Position numbers and translations under genes: made by a program. From the NCBI GenBank assembly GCA_937869105.1, contig CALMKZ010000002.1, positions 4,499-68,498 on the forward strand: DNA of 64,000 nt, written 5' to 3'. This DNA comes from an uncultured Cytophagales bacterium. Lineage in GTDB: Bacteria; Bacteroidota; Bacteroidia; Cytophagales; Cyclobacteriaceae. Below are positions 9,242-20,191 of the stretch, one piece after another (the stretch's first letter is position 1; each line of letters begins with the position of its first letter). The notes beneath the pieces are model-generated. The model did no database searches and was not told where the DNA came from. It saw only the letters and a list, made by a program, of their open reading frames with translations.

Positions 9242-9538
9242 ATGATCATTCGCATCGTACGCATGCATTTTACCGATGCCTCACTCCCCCGGTTTCTGGA
9301 AATCTTCAACAACCACAAACTGGCGATACGCAATTTTCCGGGATGCACACACCTTCAGTTGATGAAGGACCCGGCCGATCCGCTCTGCCTTACCACACTC
9401 AGCCATTGGAATCTCGCAACTGATCTTGAGCGCTATCGCACCTCCGAACTTTTTGAAGGTGTCTGGCGTCAGGTGAAGCCTTTGTTTGGCGCTCGTACCC
9501 AGGCGTTCTCGCTCGAATCATTTATTAGTGTGCCTTAG
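9242..9538 (+). CDS. Antibiotic-biosynthesis-monooxygenase (ABM)-like small protein
   Basis: 98 aa. The size and the [10 protein letters not shown]...SHW...YR pattern fit the ABM ferredoxin-like fold. Confidence 0.5.
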   Translation: MIIRIVRMHFTDASLPRFLEIFNNHKLAIRNFPGCTHLQLMKDPADPLCLTTLSHWNLATDLERYRTSELFEGVWRQVKPLFGARTQAFSLESFISVP

Positions 9539-11016
9539 CGGTACGACGTTTCATTCCAGCGCAGTTCGTTCTTCAATTGCGTCAGTGTGGTGCCGGTGCC
9601 AATGCGAATCATTTCAATACCGGCCATCTCGGCAAAATCCTCGAGGTACTCAGTGGTCAGGTTCTGACTATACACTGTATGATGCGCCCCACCGGCCAGT
9701 ATCCATCCTGCGCAAGCGGTATTCATATCGGGCAGGGGTTTCCACAACACACGCGCCACCGGCAGCTTGGGCAGCGGTTGCTCCGGAGCAATGGCACTCA
9801 CCTCGTTCACCAGCAAGCGGAAACGATTTCCCATATCGATCATGGATGCATTCAGGGCATTGCCCGGCGCCGTATTGAACACCAAACGAACGGGATCGGC
9901 TTTCCCGCCAATACCCAGCGGATGGATCTCACAAGTGGGCTTTCCCTCCGCAATGGACGGACATATCTCCAGCATATGCGCACCCAACACCTGGTTGTTG
10001 TTGGCGGCAAAGTGATATGTATAATCTTCCATAAATGAGTTCCCCCCCGGCAAGCCTGTGGCCATTACCTTCATCGCGCGTACCAACGCTGCAGTCTTCC
10101 AGTCTCCTTCAGCACCAAAACCATAGCCATCGGCCATCAGTCGTTGGACCGCGATGCCCGGCAATTGTACCAGTCCATGCAGGTCTTCAAATGTGTCCGT
10201 GAATCCTTTGAAGTTTCCATCGACGAGAAACATCCGTAAACCGATTTCGATGCGGGCTGCCTCCCGCAGCGAACTGCGGTGAGCACCATCCTTCTTCAAC
10301 GAAGATGCCAACGTGTACGTATCCTCGTATACCTTAACCAATTCATCAACTTCCGCATCAGAAACCTGCCGGATAAAAGTTACCAGGTCACCCATACCAT
10401 ATCCATTGACACTATAGCCAAACTTGATCTGGGCTTCCACCTTATCACCTTCGGTAACCGCTACCTGGCGCATGTTGTCACCAAAGCGGCAGAACTTTGC
10501 ATTTTGCCAGTCATGCCAGCCGAGGGCCGCACGCGACCAGACATTAATACGGGCAATTACTTCAGGATCCTGCCAATGACCGACCACCACTTTGCGGGTA
10601 AGCCGCATCCTGCTCATGATGAAACCAAACTCGCGGTCACCGTGTGCTGACTGATTCAGGTTCATGAAATCCATATCAATGGCACTCCAGGGGATATCGC
10701 GATTGAACTGGGTATGCAGGTGCAGCATAGGCTTGCTCAAAATCTTCAAACCGCCGATCCACATTTTGGCTGGTGAAAAGGTGTGCATCCAGGCTATTAC
10801 GCCAATACATGGAGCCGAGGCACTGGCTTCACTGCATACTGCTGCGATCTCATCCGGGGTCTTCACTACCGGTTTGAACACTATTCGGACAGGGATGCCT
10901 GAGGCATTGAGTCCATTAACGATCACTTGCGAATGATCTGCTACTTGCTTGAGCGTTTCTTCCCCGTAGAGGTGTTGTGAGCCAGTGAGAAACCAGAGTT
11001 CGGGAGTTGGAGACAT
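9535..11016 (-). CDS. araA: L-arabinose isomerase
   Basis: [20 protein letters not shown] is a typical AraA N-terminus, and the length from the internal ATG at 11016 is ~493 aa. The longer ORF start lies inside an 8-bp microsatellite. Confidence 0.92.
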   Translation of the reverse strand: MSPTPELWFLTGSQHLYGEETLKQVADHSQVIVNGLNASGIPVRIVFKPVVKTPDEIAAVCSEASASAPCIGVIAWMHTFSPAKMWIGGLKILSKPMLHLHTQFNRDIPWSAIDMDFMNLNQSAHGDREFGFIMSRMRLTRKVVVGHWQDPEVIARINVWSRAALGWHDWQNAKFCRFGDNMRQVAVTEGDKVEAQIKFGYSVNGYGMGDLVTFIRQVSDAEVDELVKVYEDTYTLASSLKKDGAHRSSLREAARIEIGLRMFLVDGNFKGFTDTFEDLHGLVQLPGIAVQRLMADGYGFGAEGDWKTAALVRAMKVMATGLPGGNSFMEDYTYHFAANNNQVLGAHMLEICPSIAEGKPTCEIHPLGIGGKADPVRLVFNTAPGNALNASMIDMGNRFRLLVNEVSAIAPEQPLPKLPVARVLWKPLPDMNTACAGWILAGGAHHTVYSQNLTTEYLEDFAEMAGIEMIRIGTGTTLTQLKNELRWNETSYR

Positions 11017-11021
11017 AATCT

Positions 11022-11053
11022 GAGGATTTGAAGATTTGAGGATTTGAAGATTG
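11022..11053. repeat. 8-bp microsatellite (gaRgattt x4)
   Basis: The sequence gaggatttgaagatttgaggatttgaagatt lies between araD and araA. It is the reverse complement of the tcaaatcttcaaat motif at 54181-54275. Confidence 0.8.
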
Positions 11054-11113
11054 GTCGCTGGTTGAATCCAGGAATAGGTGTGTCTCAAGAAGAGACAGGT
11101 TTATGTTGATAAG

Positions 11114-11815
11114 TCAGGTTGACTGGCCATAATAGGAATCAGGGCCGTGTTTGCGTTGGTGGTGTTTCTGAATCAGGGAGTTCTTCAAACGCGGGGCGGT
11201 AGGGTTGATTTGTAATGTGAGGTGTGCCATCCTGGCCAGCTCCTCAAGAACGGCTGCATGGTACAAGGCTTTTTCAGCCGTCTTACCCCAGGCAAATGGT
11301 GCATGATTGCCTACCAGCATCATCTCCACTTCGGTGGGATCCAGGTTTCTGGATTTGAAACAGTCGATAATCTGATAGCCGGTTTCCAACTCATAGTTTC
11401 CGGATATCCGGGCGTCGTCCATCGGAGGAGCGCAGGGCACATCGACAGTCAGGTGGTCGGCATGGGTTGTTCCAAAAATAGGAATGTCTTTGCCCGCCTG
11501 GGCCCAGGCAGTAGCATACGTTGAATGGGTATGAACAATGGCACCCTGCGAAGACCAGTGCTTATACAGCACTGCGTGGGTCAACGTATCAGATGAGGGT
11601 CGCAGGTTGCCCCACTGAACAATACCATCGTAATCAACGATTACCATCTTATCGGGGGTAAGCTGATCATACGGAACGCCGCTAGGCTTGATAGCAAAAA
11701 CAGACGCGGCACGGTCAACCACGCTTACGTTACCGAAGGTGAACATCACCAGGCCGAGTCGTGGCAGTTGCAGGTTGGCCTCAAAGGCTTCCTCTCGCAG
11801 GGTCTTGTAATTCAT
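11114..11815 (-). CDS. araD: L-ribulose-5-phosphate 4-epimerase
   Basis: 233 aa with class II aldolase/epimerase motifs (GNVS, HTHS, HADH). It has a 4-nt overlap with araB. Confidence 0.9.
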   Translation of the reverse strand: MNYKTLREEAFEANLQLPRLGLVMFTFGNVSVVDRAASVFAIKPSGVPYDQLTPDKMVIVDYDGIVQWGNLRPSSDTLTHAVLYKHWSSQGAIVHTHSTYATAWAQAGKDIPIFGTTHADHLTVDVPCAPPMDDARISGNYELETGYQIIDCFKSRNLDPTEVEMMLVGNHAPFAWGKTAEKALYHAAVLEELARMAHLTLQINPTAPRLKNSLIQKHHQRKHGPDSYYGQST

Positions 11816-13494
11816 AATGATAGAGTGCTCGTGTTTGTCGAAATAAATTTTCCCAATTGCTGATAACGTTCATAACGTTTGGCGTAGATACCGGTGACCT
11901 TGGCCTGTGGCTTGTATTCAGCATCAAAGCCCTGCCCCATCGAAGCCATCGCCTCCTCCACCCGTGGATACAACCCGGCGGCCGTGGCGGCAAACATGGA
12001 AGCACCGGCGGCACAAGTCTGTTCTGACCGATGAATACGGATTGGCATGTTCATGACATTGGCCATCACCTGCATGATATACGGTGACTTGCGCGCTACA
12101 CCGCCCAGTCCGATCAGCGCTTTGACGGGAACGCCCTGCTCATTGAACCGATCCACGATGGCTTTGGCACCAAAGCAAGTACCTTCCACCAATGATTTAA
12201 AGATGGCAGGCGCATTGGTTGCCAGGTTCAAAGACGTGATACCTGCTTTTAACGTCTGGTCCGCATCCGGCGTACGACGACCATTGAGCCAGTCCACTGA
12301 TAGTTCGTCCTGCTCTCCTATGGGTAGCGACATGGCTTGCCTGCTTAATTCAGGAATTAGTTTATCTGACCACTCACTGCGCAACCGGTCGCGTTGGGCA
12401 GCGTCGAGCCAGGTATTTTGCTGAAGCAACGTTTCCATGGGCCACTGCAGTAATTTTTGAAACCAGGCATAGGTATCGCCAAAAGCAGATTGACCTGCCT
12501 CCAACCCCATCATGCCCGGAATGATTGATCCATTCACCTGTCCGCAGATGCCATGAACCAACGTATCTTTTATTTCAGCAATCGGCGCGACGAGCATATC
12601 GCAGGTGGAAGTACCCATGACTTTACTGAGGTGGTACGGTTCGATTTGTCCACCTACCGCCCCCATGTGTGCATCAAATGCACCAACACCAACAATCACC
12701 TCCGTGGACAGTCCCAGTCGCTCCGCCCAGGCACTGCTCAGTTTTCCGGCAGGCTTATCTGAGGTGAATGTTTCAGAAAATAAACGCGACGTGAATCCCT
12801 TGAGCAGCGGATCCAGCGAACTAAAAAATTCATCCGGTGGTAATCCCCCGAACTCTTTTGCCCAGAGCGCCTTGTGGCCGGCTGAACATACCCCCCGACG
12901 CAGCTGAAGCACATCGGTTCCTCTGGTGAGGAGAAATGGTATCCAGTCGCAGTGCTCGACCCACGAGTAGCAGGCCTTGCGCACGGACTCATCCGCTCGT
13001 AGTGTGTGAAGTAATTTCGCCCAGAACCATTCTGAAGAGTAAATGCCACCTACAAACTGCAGGTAGTTGGTTTTGAACTTCGTCGCGTGGCTGTTGATCT
13101 CGGCGGCTTCTTTAACGGCCGTGTGGTCCTTCCACAGCACAAACATGGCGTGGGGATTTTTTTCAAAGCCAGGCAACAGGCTAAGCGGAGTACCGGTTTT
13201 ATCTACCGCAACCGGGGAAGACCCCGTTGTGTCTACAGCGATGGCGCGGATGTTTTGTTGTACAGTGACACCTGCTTGCTTCAGCGCTGACCGGATTGAC
13301 TGCTCAAGACCTTCCACATAGTCGGCAGGGTGTTGTCTGAATTGAGATTGAACAGGATCGCAAAACAGACCTTCGCTCCAACGCGGATAACGCACGACGG
13401 CGCTTGCCACTTCCTGGCCGTTCGCAGCGTCCACGATGAGCGCCCGCACCGAATCAGTACCGAAGTCCACGCCAATCACATAATTCTCTTTCAT
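11812..13494 (-). CDS. araB: Ribulokinase
   Basis: 560 aa. It has an FGGY kinase N-terminus (IGVDFGTDSVRA) and sits in an ara operon context. Confidence 0.9.
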   Translation of the reverse strand: MKENYVIGVDFGTDSVRALIVDAANGQEVASAVVRYPRWSEGLFCDPVQSQFRQHPADYVEGLEQSIRSALKQAGVTVQQNIRAIAVDTTGSSPVAVDKTGTPLSLLPGFEKNPHAMFVLWKDHTAVKEAAEINSHATKFKTNYLQFVGGIYSSEWFWAKLLHTLRADESVRKACYSWVEHCDWIPFLLTRGTDVLQLRRGVCSAGHKALWAKEFGGLPPDEFFSSLDPLLKGFTSRLFSETFTSDKPAGKLSSAWAERLGLSTEVIVGVGAFDAHMGAVGGQIEPYHLSKVMGTSTCDMLVAPIAEIKDTLVHGICGQVNGSIIPGMMGLEAGQSAFGDTYAWFQKLLQWPMETLLQQNTWLDAAQRDRLRSEWSDKLIPELSRQAMSLPIGEQDELSVDWLNGRRTPDADQTLKAGITSLNLATNAPAIFKSLVEGTCFGAKAIVDRFNEQGVPVKALIGLGGVARKSPYIMQVMANVMNMPIRIHRSEQTCAAGASMFAATAAGLYPRVEEAMASMGQGFDAEYKPQAKVTGIYAKRYERYQQLGKFISTNTSTLSL

Positions 13495-13499
13495 ATCTG

Positions 13500-14189
13500 C
13501 TATGCAGGGTTAATGTTCAGGAATGTCTGGTAGCGATACTTTCGCTTGTTCAGGCGGTGGTAGTAAGCCCCCTTCTTTGAATTGCTTTTTTCTTTATCGT
13601 CGGTGCGCACCAAAAGTCCGCTGGATAACACCTTGCGACTAAAATTGCGCTTGTCAAATTCCTTTTCGTAGACACTTTCATACAACTGCTGCACCACGGG
13701 AAGGGTGAACCGCTCGGGCAACAATTCAAATAAAACAGGTTGAATGGCTGCTTTCTTGCGCAAGGTAGCCTTCGCCGCTTCTACCATGGCTTCATGGTCA
13801 AAGATGAGGCTCGGAATCTTCTTGAGCGAAAACCACTCGGGCTTATAATCGCCACTCAGTTGTTGCTCATACTGGTAAATGTCAATGAGTGCATAGAATG
13901 CCACCGAGATCGTGCGCTCCACGGGATCCCGCTCCGGATCACCAAAGGCACGCAGTTGCTCCATGTACACACCACTCAATCCGGTAAGCTGTTTCAGAAT
14001 GCGGGCTGCAGCGTCTTCAAGGCTTTCTTTCGACTGAACAAATCCACCCATGAGGCTCCACTTGCCGCGCTCCGGCTCAAAGCCGCGGTGAATCAACAGC
14101 AGCTTCAACTCCTTGCCATCAAAGCCGAAGATGATGCAATCAACAGCCACGAGGGCACGAAGTTGATGAGGATAGCGAGGGCCGGACAT
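13500..14189 (-). CDS. Nudix-domain transcriptional regulator (NrtR/AraR type)
   Basis: 229 aa with a Nudix fold region (GKWSLMGGFV...ESLEDAAARILKQLTG) and a C-terminal wHTH-like part. The position inside an arabinose operon matches the Bacteroides AraR arrangement. Confidence 0.7.
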   Translation of the reverse strand: MSGPRYPHQLRALVAVDCIIFGFDGKELKLLLIHRGFEPERGKWSLMGGFVQSKESLEDAAARILKQLTGLSGVYMEQLRAFGDPERDPVERTISVAFYALIDIYQYEQQLSGDYKPEWFSLKKIPSLIFDHEAMVEAAKATLRKKAAIQPVLFELLPERFTLPVVQQLYESVYEKEFDKRNFSRKVLSSGLLVRTDDKEKSNSKKGAYYHRLNKRKYRYQTFLNINPA

Positions 14190-14236
14190 TACGAATGCAA
14201 AATGATAAATGATGAAAGTAAAATATCAAACCCGGA

Positions 14237-16597
14237 TCAGCGCTTAACGATGCGGCAGCCGAATACCCTTCCTGCCGTCTTGCCAACATGGGCCTGCACA
14301 CGCACCACCACCGTTGTCTTGTCCTTTAACAGTTGATCTGGTATGGGATACTCCACATCAAAGAAGCGACCAGTGGTGCCACCGTTGAGTTCCTGGGTAG
14401 CGATCTTTACATCATTCACCAACAAATCAAAACCTCGCTTGGTATCATCACCGATATAGGAACACAACAGGTTTGAAGCCACACCCGACTGCACCTTCAT
14501 GTCGAACGAGAAGAACCCGCCGCTGCGTACTTCACGTCCCATCCTGCCCAAGGCATCGCTCACATAGGACTTCTCGCTGGCCTTCAGGTTGTGATCTCGC
14601 TCTGGTTGCATCTCACCGATGCGGATAATATCGATGGTACGCTGCTCAATGTCGTACTGTCGCTTTTTCTCTGCTTCATACGCGGCCTGACGGTTGGTCC
14701 ACTCAGCCGGTGTGAAATAGTCCCAATACACATTGAAGTATTGGTCGTAGGTCTTGTAGAAGGGTATCAACTTCACATCATTGGGGCGCGCCACATTGTT
14801 GGTTTGAAATGAAAGTGGTTCGTTGGGCACTGGTTTGATCCAGTCCTTCACCTGGTGGTTATCGGTGAGTAGCACGGTCGTTCCAAAAATCGGATCGGGC
14901 ATGGTGTTTCCCAGCTGGCCTGCCATGACCACGGGGCCGTACAGCAATGCGATGCGATTGGCATTGTCGGGCATACCTTCTGTATGCAGGTCCATAGAAA
15001 ACGTCACCTGCACCTTATCATCTACGCCCCACATTCGGTTGATTACCCAATAACCTGCTTCATCCTGTTTGGCTGTACCGGGCTGGTTGTTGACCGTAAT
15101 GACAGCGGGGGCCGACCAATTGGGTTGACGGATACGCAACTTCATGGTCTTTGGCGTTGCAGCCTTCACGGTAAATGAAACCTGGTTGGATTCCGGGAAT
15201 TTCGTTTCCTGACGAATGGTGATGTTGTTTGAACGCCAGTTTAACTCGGAAGGAATAAACAAGTTCACATACAGACTCCCATCTTTTCCTTCGAGGTAAA
15301 TGGATTCCGTGTACTTGGAGTGGTTCTCCATCCCACTGCCCACACAGCAGGTAAAGGTGTTGAAGGGGTCACTGAATTCCTTCTTGGTCCCCATCCGCAA
15401 AGGCACAAAGTAGCACATCATGCCCGTTTGGGGATTTTGCGATGCAAGAATATGATTGTACAGGGCGCGCTCATAGTAATCGGCATATTCATCAGCCGGC
15501 TTCCACGAAAACAAATAGCGCGTCAGCTTGAGCATGTTGTAGGTATTGCACGTCTCACAGGTATTGTCGCTCAGTTTGTCACTCAGCTTGTCCGGCTCAC
15601 CGAGATACTCGTAGTTGCTGTTACCACCGATGGCATAGGTATAATGCTTAACAATGGTATCCCAGAAAAATGAAGCGATTACTTTATCACTCTCAGCACC
15701 GGTGTGTTCATAGCGGCGGGCACAACCAATGGCCTTGGGCACATTGGTATTGGAATGTTTTCCCTGCAAGGCGTCCACCCGGTGAGACAATTGCTCGAGG
15801 ATAAACTTGTCATGGAATTTGTACGACAAATCCAGATAGGTCTTTGTACCGGTGAGCTCATACAGGTGCACCAGAATATCGTTCATGCCACCATACTCAC
15901 ACTTGCGCATTTGTTCCAGTTGGTCTTCATTCAGGTCTTTAAGGATAACGCCTGTCCAGTCTGCCATTTTGGTCACAATCGTCAGCGCCTGTGTATTGTC
16001 GGTAAGGAGGTAAGCATCCGTAAGACCGGCCATGATCTTGTGCACGGTGTACCACGGCGACCAGCTACCATTAAGGTCAAAGCCGGATGATTTAATGATG
16101 CCATGTTGCAATTTCCAGAACACAGAATCTTCTTTGGGAATGGCACCTACGTAACCAGTCTTCCTCGCCTGCTGACAGATAGCCAACTCAGACACGATAT
16201 AATCGGTACGTTCCTTAAACCGGATATCCCCGGTACTTGCATACATCATCGCGCAAGCTGATAAATAATGGCCCAGCGTATGGCCCGAAAGTCCATCGCT
16301 TTCCCAACCACCATACACCTCGGCTTTGGGCTTCAGTCCAGCATTGCTGTAAAACCGGTGCAAGAGCCGGTCGGGTTCGATGGTCAGCAAATACGCCGCA
16401 TCGCGATCCATGGCATTCTTAAACGGACTGCCTTCGAGCAAACGCACATCAGCCAGGTTGAAGGCATAGGTTTGCACATCAACACTGGGCTTTACCTTGA
16501 TTTTGGCATTGTTCTTTTCGGGAAGGTAAGATTGGGCCATAGCCGAAAATCCATACACCAGTCCGATGGACAGTGATATTGCAGTCAGCAGTCGCAT
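14237..16597 (-). CDS. DUF1680 family glycoside hydrolase (GH127/GH146-type beta-L-arabinofuranosidase)
   Basis: 786 aa with a signal peptide. Motifs seen: GHTLGHYLSA, CETCNTYNM and TCCVGSG Cys motifs. Confidence 0.75.
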   Translation of the reverse strand: MRLLTAISLSIGLVYGFSAMAQSYLPEKNNAKIKVKPSVDVQTYAFNLADVRLLEGSPFKNAMDRDAAYLLTIEPDRLLHRFYSNAGLKPKAEVYGGWESDGLSGHTLGHYLSACAMMYASTGDIRFKERTDYIVSELAICQQARKTGYVGAIPKEDSVFWKLQHGIIKSSGFDLNGSWSPWYTVHKIMAGLTDAYLLTDNTQALTIVTKMADWTGVILKDLNEDQLEQMRKCEYGGMNDILVHLYELTGTKTYLDLSYKFHDKFILEQLSHRVDALQGKHSNTNVPKAIGCARRYEHTGAESDKVIASFFWDTIVKHYTYAIGGNSNYEYLGEPDKLSDKLSDNTCETCNTYNMLKLTRYLFSWKPADEYADYYERALYNHILASQNPQTGMMCYFVPLRMGTKKEFSDPFNTFTCCVGSGMENHSKYTESIYLEGKDGSLYVNLFIPSELNWRSNNITIRQETKFPESNQVSFTVKAATPKTMKLRIRQPNWSAPAVITVNNQPGTAKQDEAGYWVINRMWGVDDKVQVTFSMDLHTEGMPDNANRIALLYGPVVMAGQLGNTMPDPIFGTTVLLTDNHQVKDWIKPVPNEPLSFQTNNVARPNDVKLIPFYKTYDQYFNVYWDYFTPAEWTNRQAAYEAEKKRQYDIEQRTIDIIRIGEMQPERDHNLKASEKSYVSDALGRMGREVRSGGFFSFDMKVQSGVASNLLCSYIGDDTKRGFDLLVNDVKIATQELNGGTTGRFFDVEYPIPDQLLKDKTTVVVRVQAHVGKTAGRVFGCRIVKR

Positions 16598-16603
16598 AAG
16601 AAA

Positions 16604-18559
16604 TTAGTTATTGATTTTAATGTCCTTGATTTTACGAGGCAGCCACACCTGCATGGGGTTCTGCCCACGGTTGCACCATGCATAGTAAGGAATGGCGGTA
16701 ATGGTCTTGACTTCGGTGGTCACGGTTTGTCCATCGCCGCTGATCTGCACGGTAGGAGCCTGAAACTGAATTGTCGTCACGCCTTCCAGCAGATCCTTTT
16801 GAAAAGCAGTCTTGAACGCTGCCCCATCCGGAAGAATAAGATCCCATGCCTTGCCATTGTTGTCAGCACCTTCGACACAGTAAACCAGCGGACCGCGTTG
16901 CAGCGCCACGCGCTCAACATCCTGCTTTAGTTCCGGCCGGGAAACGATCCGGCGCACCTCCATCGGCAATACCAACTCAACTTTATCCCCCTTCTTCCAG
17001 GTGCGGTTGATCGTTGCATAACCCTGGTTCATGGTGAAGGCGGCAGGCTTTCCATTCACCGTAATCACAAAATTTGCTGTTGACTTATCCTCAAAGGAGT
17101 AGAGTTCGCCAGGCGCCACTTCACCCCTCGCCCAACCCGGGATGCGGACATTCATGGAAAACGCTACCGCTGATTTGGGATTTACCGTCACTGATACATT
17201 GCCTTCCCAGGGATAATTACTTTCCATTGCCACAGGCACATCCACCTTGCCGAACTTTACCGTGGTGTTGCTGGCTACAAAGAGGTTGACCCAGAGACCG
17301 GCATCAGATGCTCCGTATACATAATCACCCAATGAGGCTACCAGCCGTGCGATATTGGCAGGACAACAAGCCGTACCAAACCATTCCCTCCGGAAATGAC
17401 GGCCATTCGACGCCAACGGATTGCCATAGAAGAAATGATCACCCGATAAAGAAAGGCCATCCCTGGCACCATTGTACAGACTACGCTCCAGTACATCAAT
17501 GAACTTGCTGTCGCCGGTGAGTAGGTTCATGCGCTGATTCCAAAACACCATACCTACCGAGGCGCAGGTCTCGCAGTAGGCTTGTTCATTGGGCAAGTCA
17601 AAGTCATTGCTAAAGCCTTCGTTGTTGCCCGAAGAGCCAATACCCCCGGTGATGTACATATTGCGGAATACCACATCCTCCCAAACGGTGTTCATGGCTT
17701 TCATGTAACCAGCATCACCGGTAAGGGCTGCCACATCAGCGGCGCCGGTATACATATACATAGCACGGACTGCATGGCCCGTTATTTCCTTTTGATCACG
17801 CACCGGCACCACATCCTGCGCATAAGCTGTATCCTTCCAATCCGTCCACGTGTAGCCTTTGGCATACTTATGGCCGCGTTCTTCGAGCAGCCAATGGGCC
17901 ATATCGAGATATTTCTTGTTGTGTGTCACCCGATACAGTTTCACGAGTGCCAGTTCGAGTTCCTGATGGCCCGTCACCCAGTGTTTGCGGCCAGGTCCAA
18001 ACTGTGAATCAAAGTGGTCTGCAAATTTGATCGCCACATCGAGCAGCTTTCGCTTTCCGGTAGCGTTGTAATATGCCACCGCTGCTTCAAGCAAATGTCC
18101 ACCGTTGTAGTCTTCGTGCATACTCATGTCGGACCAACGCTCATTGAGCCGGCCGAGGGTATAATAGGTGCCGATATAACCATCCGGCAACTGCGCTGCG
18201 GCGATCTTATCAATCCACTCATCCGCTTTCGCTTCAATGCCCGGATCGGGATGAGTCTTTAATGAGTAGGCAATCGCCTCCAGCGCCTTGTACACATCAG
18301 AGTCATCGTAAAAGATACCCTCGTGCTTTTCGTTTTTATTGCGCGCCACTTTTTCAAAGTTGCGGATGCGAGGGGTCTTTACTTCCGTTTGGTAGATGCA
18401 GGCTTGCAACGTGGTGGTGGCCACCTTCTCCATCGTGGGCTTCCAGAAGGCATCGGTGATGTTTACCTGGGAGAAGTTGACCGGCTCCAGTTTGCGTGTG
18501 GGTGCCTGTGCATTGACCCCGATAACCGGCAGGAGGAGTAATAAAATGAGTTTCCGCAT
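16604..18559 (-). CDS. GH127 beta-L-arabinofuranosidase (DUF1680)
   Basis: 651 aa with a signal peptide. Motifs seen: AYCETCASVGMVFWNQRM and GTACCPANIARL. Confidence 0.8.
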   Translation of the reverse strand: MRKLILLLLLPVIGVNAQAPTRKLEPVNFSQVNITDAFWKPTMEKVATTTLQACIYQTEVKTPRIRNFEKVARNKNEKHEGIFYDDSDVYKALEAIAYSLKTHPDPGIEAKADEWIDKIAAAQLPDGYIGTYYTLGRLNERWSDMSMHEDYNGGHLLEAAVAYYNATGKRKLLDVAIKFADHFDSQFGPGRKHWVTGHQELELALVKLYRVTHNKKYLDMAHWLLEERGHKYAKGYTWTDWKDTAYAQDVVPVRDQKEITGHAVRAMYMYTGAADVAALTGDAGYMKAMNTVWEDVVFRNMYITGGIGSSGNNEGFSNDFDLPNEQAYCETCASVGMVFWNQRMNLLTGDSKFIDVLERSLYNGARDGLSLSGDHFFYGNPLASNGRHFRREWFGTACCPANIARLVASLGDYVYGASDAGLWVNLFVASNTTVKFGKVDVPVAMESNYPWEGNVSVTVNPKSAVAFSMNVRIPGWARGEVAPGELYSFEDKSTANFVITVNGKPAAFTMNQGYATINRTWKKGDKVELVLPMEVRRIVSRPELKQDVERVALQRGPLVYCVEGADNNGKAWDLILPDGAAFKTAFQKDLLEGVTTIQFQAPTVQISGDGQTVTTEVKTITAIPYYAWCNRGQNPMQVWLPRKIKDIKINN

Positions 18560-18564
18560 GGAGA

Positions 18565-20085
18565 TTATAGTTTAATGTTGACTTTCAGTTGTGTAAAGGA
18601 ATGAGCAGGAAAGGTATATGTAAATGTATCGCCACCCACACTCATTTCACGGCTGGTGGACTTTACCTTTTGTTCCTGCTCGTTGTTCTCATCCATCAGG
18701 TTGGTTGAATTGACTTCCATCACCTGCATTTTTCCGGCCAGCTTGCCGTACTGATTCGAAAGGGCGGTCTCTATGGATTTGGTTTCATGACGGTTGACGA
18801 CGTTGATGATCAATTCTTGTGTCTTATCGTTGTACACCGAAGTCACATCGAGGTAAGGCACGCGCTTGAGGTTATCCACATCATAGGTGTCGCATTGTAC
18901 ATACGTCTGGAGCGACTGACCCTGGCAGTTCTGTGCAAACAATTGCAGCGGAAAATAGATCGGTTGGCGCCAGAGCTTACCGCCAGTGATCATCATGGGC
19001 GCAATAACATTCACCAACTGAGCCATGTTGGCCATCTTCACGATATGCGCATTACGGACAAATACATTTAAGTAAAGGGCAACCACCAGCGCATCCTGCA
19101 TGTTGTAATGTTCTTCCAGCTTTTGATCATTCCACGCCCTGTACCATACATTATATTCATCGAAGGCAATGTAGATCGGCTTCTTCATTTTGTACTTACT
19201 GCGCACTTCATTGATGATGCCTTCGGTGATCCTGATGGAGTTTTCCACGGGCACGGTCGCCGCCATGAACTTGTTGTGGTTCTTGTCGTGGTTGTTGGCA
19301 TAGTGGTGCAGCGATATATAGTCGATATACTCATGCATGGCGTTGAGCACCGTGCGGTCCCATTCCGCCCAGTCGCGCACATAGTTGCTGGACCCGGAGG
19401 CGATCAGTTTGATACTGTCGTCGGCCCATTTCATCATCTTAGCGGCCTCCAGGGCAAACTTGCTGTAGTCTTCGGCGTTCTTGTGACCGATCTGCCATTC
19501 GCCATCCATCTCATTGCCCAGTCCCCAGTACTTTACCTTGTAGGGTGCCGGGTGGCCATTGCGTGCGCGGAGGTCTGAATAATAAAGACCGGTGGGTGCG
19601 TTGCAATATTCTACCCAGTTGCGCGCTTCATCCAGGGTACCGGTGCCCATGTTTACACACAGGTAAGGTTCAACGCCGGCTGATTGAGCAAACCGAAGGA
19701 ACTCATCGGTACCTACGGTGTTGGGCTCGACATCTCCCCACGCCAGGTCTTTGCGTTTAGGGCGGTCTGCTTTCGGACCGATGCCGTCCTGCCAGTGATA
19801 GCCGGAAACAAAATTGCCACCGGGCCACCGCACTACCGATACACCGAGGTCACGGGTAGCGGTGATGACATCTTTTCTGAATCCCTCGCCATTGGCTTCG
19901 GGGGAAGTCGGCTCATAGATGCCACCATAAATACAGCGACCCAGGTGCTCCGTAAAGTTTCCGTACAGGTTCTTGTCGATGGTACCAATCTTGCGTTCGG
20001 CATCAATTTTTACGCGGGCCTTCAGGGGTTGTGCCTGAACAGTGACCGTCACCAGCCACAACATCAGGAGAATGAGTTTGCGCAT
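18565..20085 (-). CDS. GH51 alpha-L-arabinofuranosidase
   Basis: About 506 aa from the internal ATG at 20085 (MRKLILLMLWLV signal peptide). Motifs seen: VVRWPGGNFVSGYHWQDGIGP and WGLGNEMDG. Confidence 0.88.
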   Translation of the reverse strand: MRKLILLMLWLVTVTVQAQPLKARVKIDAERKIGTIDKNLYGNFTEHLGRCIYGGIYEPTSPEANGEGFRKDVITATRDLGVSVVRWPGGNFVSGYHWQDGIGPKADRPKRKDLAWGDVEPNTVGTDEFLRFAQSAGVEPYLCVNMGTGTLDEARNWVEYCNAPTGLYYSDLRARNGHPAPYKVKYWGLGNEMDGEWQIGHKNAEDYSKFALEAAKMMKWADDSIKLIASGSSNYVRDWAEWDRTVLNAMHEYIDYISLHHYANNHDKNHNKFMAATVPVENSIRITEGIINEVRSKYKMKKPIYIAFDEYNVWYRAWNDQKLEEHYNMQDALVVALYLNVFVRNAHIVKMANMAQLVNVIAPMMITGGKLWRQPIYFPLQLFAQNCQGQSLQTYVQCDTYDVDNLKRVPYLDVTSVYNDKTQELIINVVNRHETKSIETALSNQYGKLAGKMQVMEVNSTNLMDENNEQEQKVKSTSREMSVGGDTFTYTFPAHSFTQLKVNIKL

Positions 20086-20191
20086 AAGGAAAGGGGAATA
20101 AATGTATAAATGACACTTAAAGTACACAATCGCATCACGACCTCCAACCCATTTGTTTCCGCGAATAGAAAATATTTGATTTTCTTGGGGC

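Noticed and set aside
11017-11088. N-terminal extension of araA; similar extensions occur at 20086-20193 for GH51, 31519-31578 for slyD, and 43092-43148 for the GxxExxY gene
   Set aside because: The extensions run through a microsatellite, a tRNA or non-conserved leader sequence. The internal ATGs give canonical N-termini or signal peptides.
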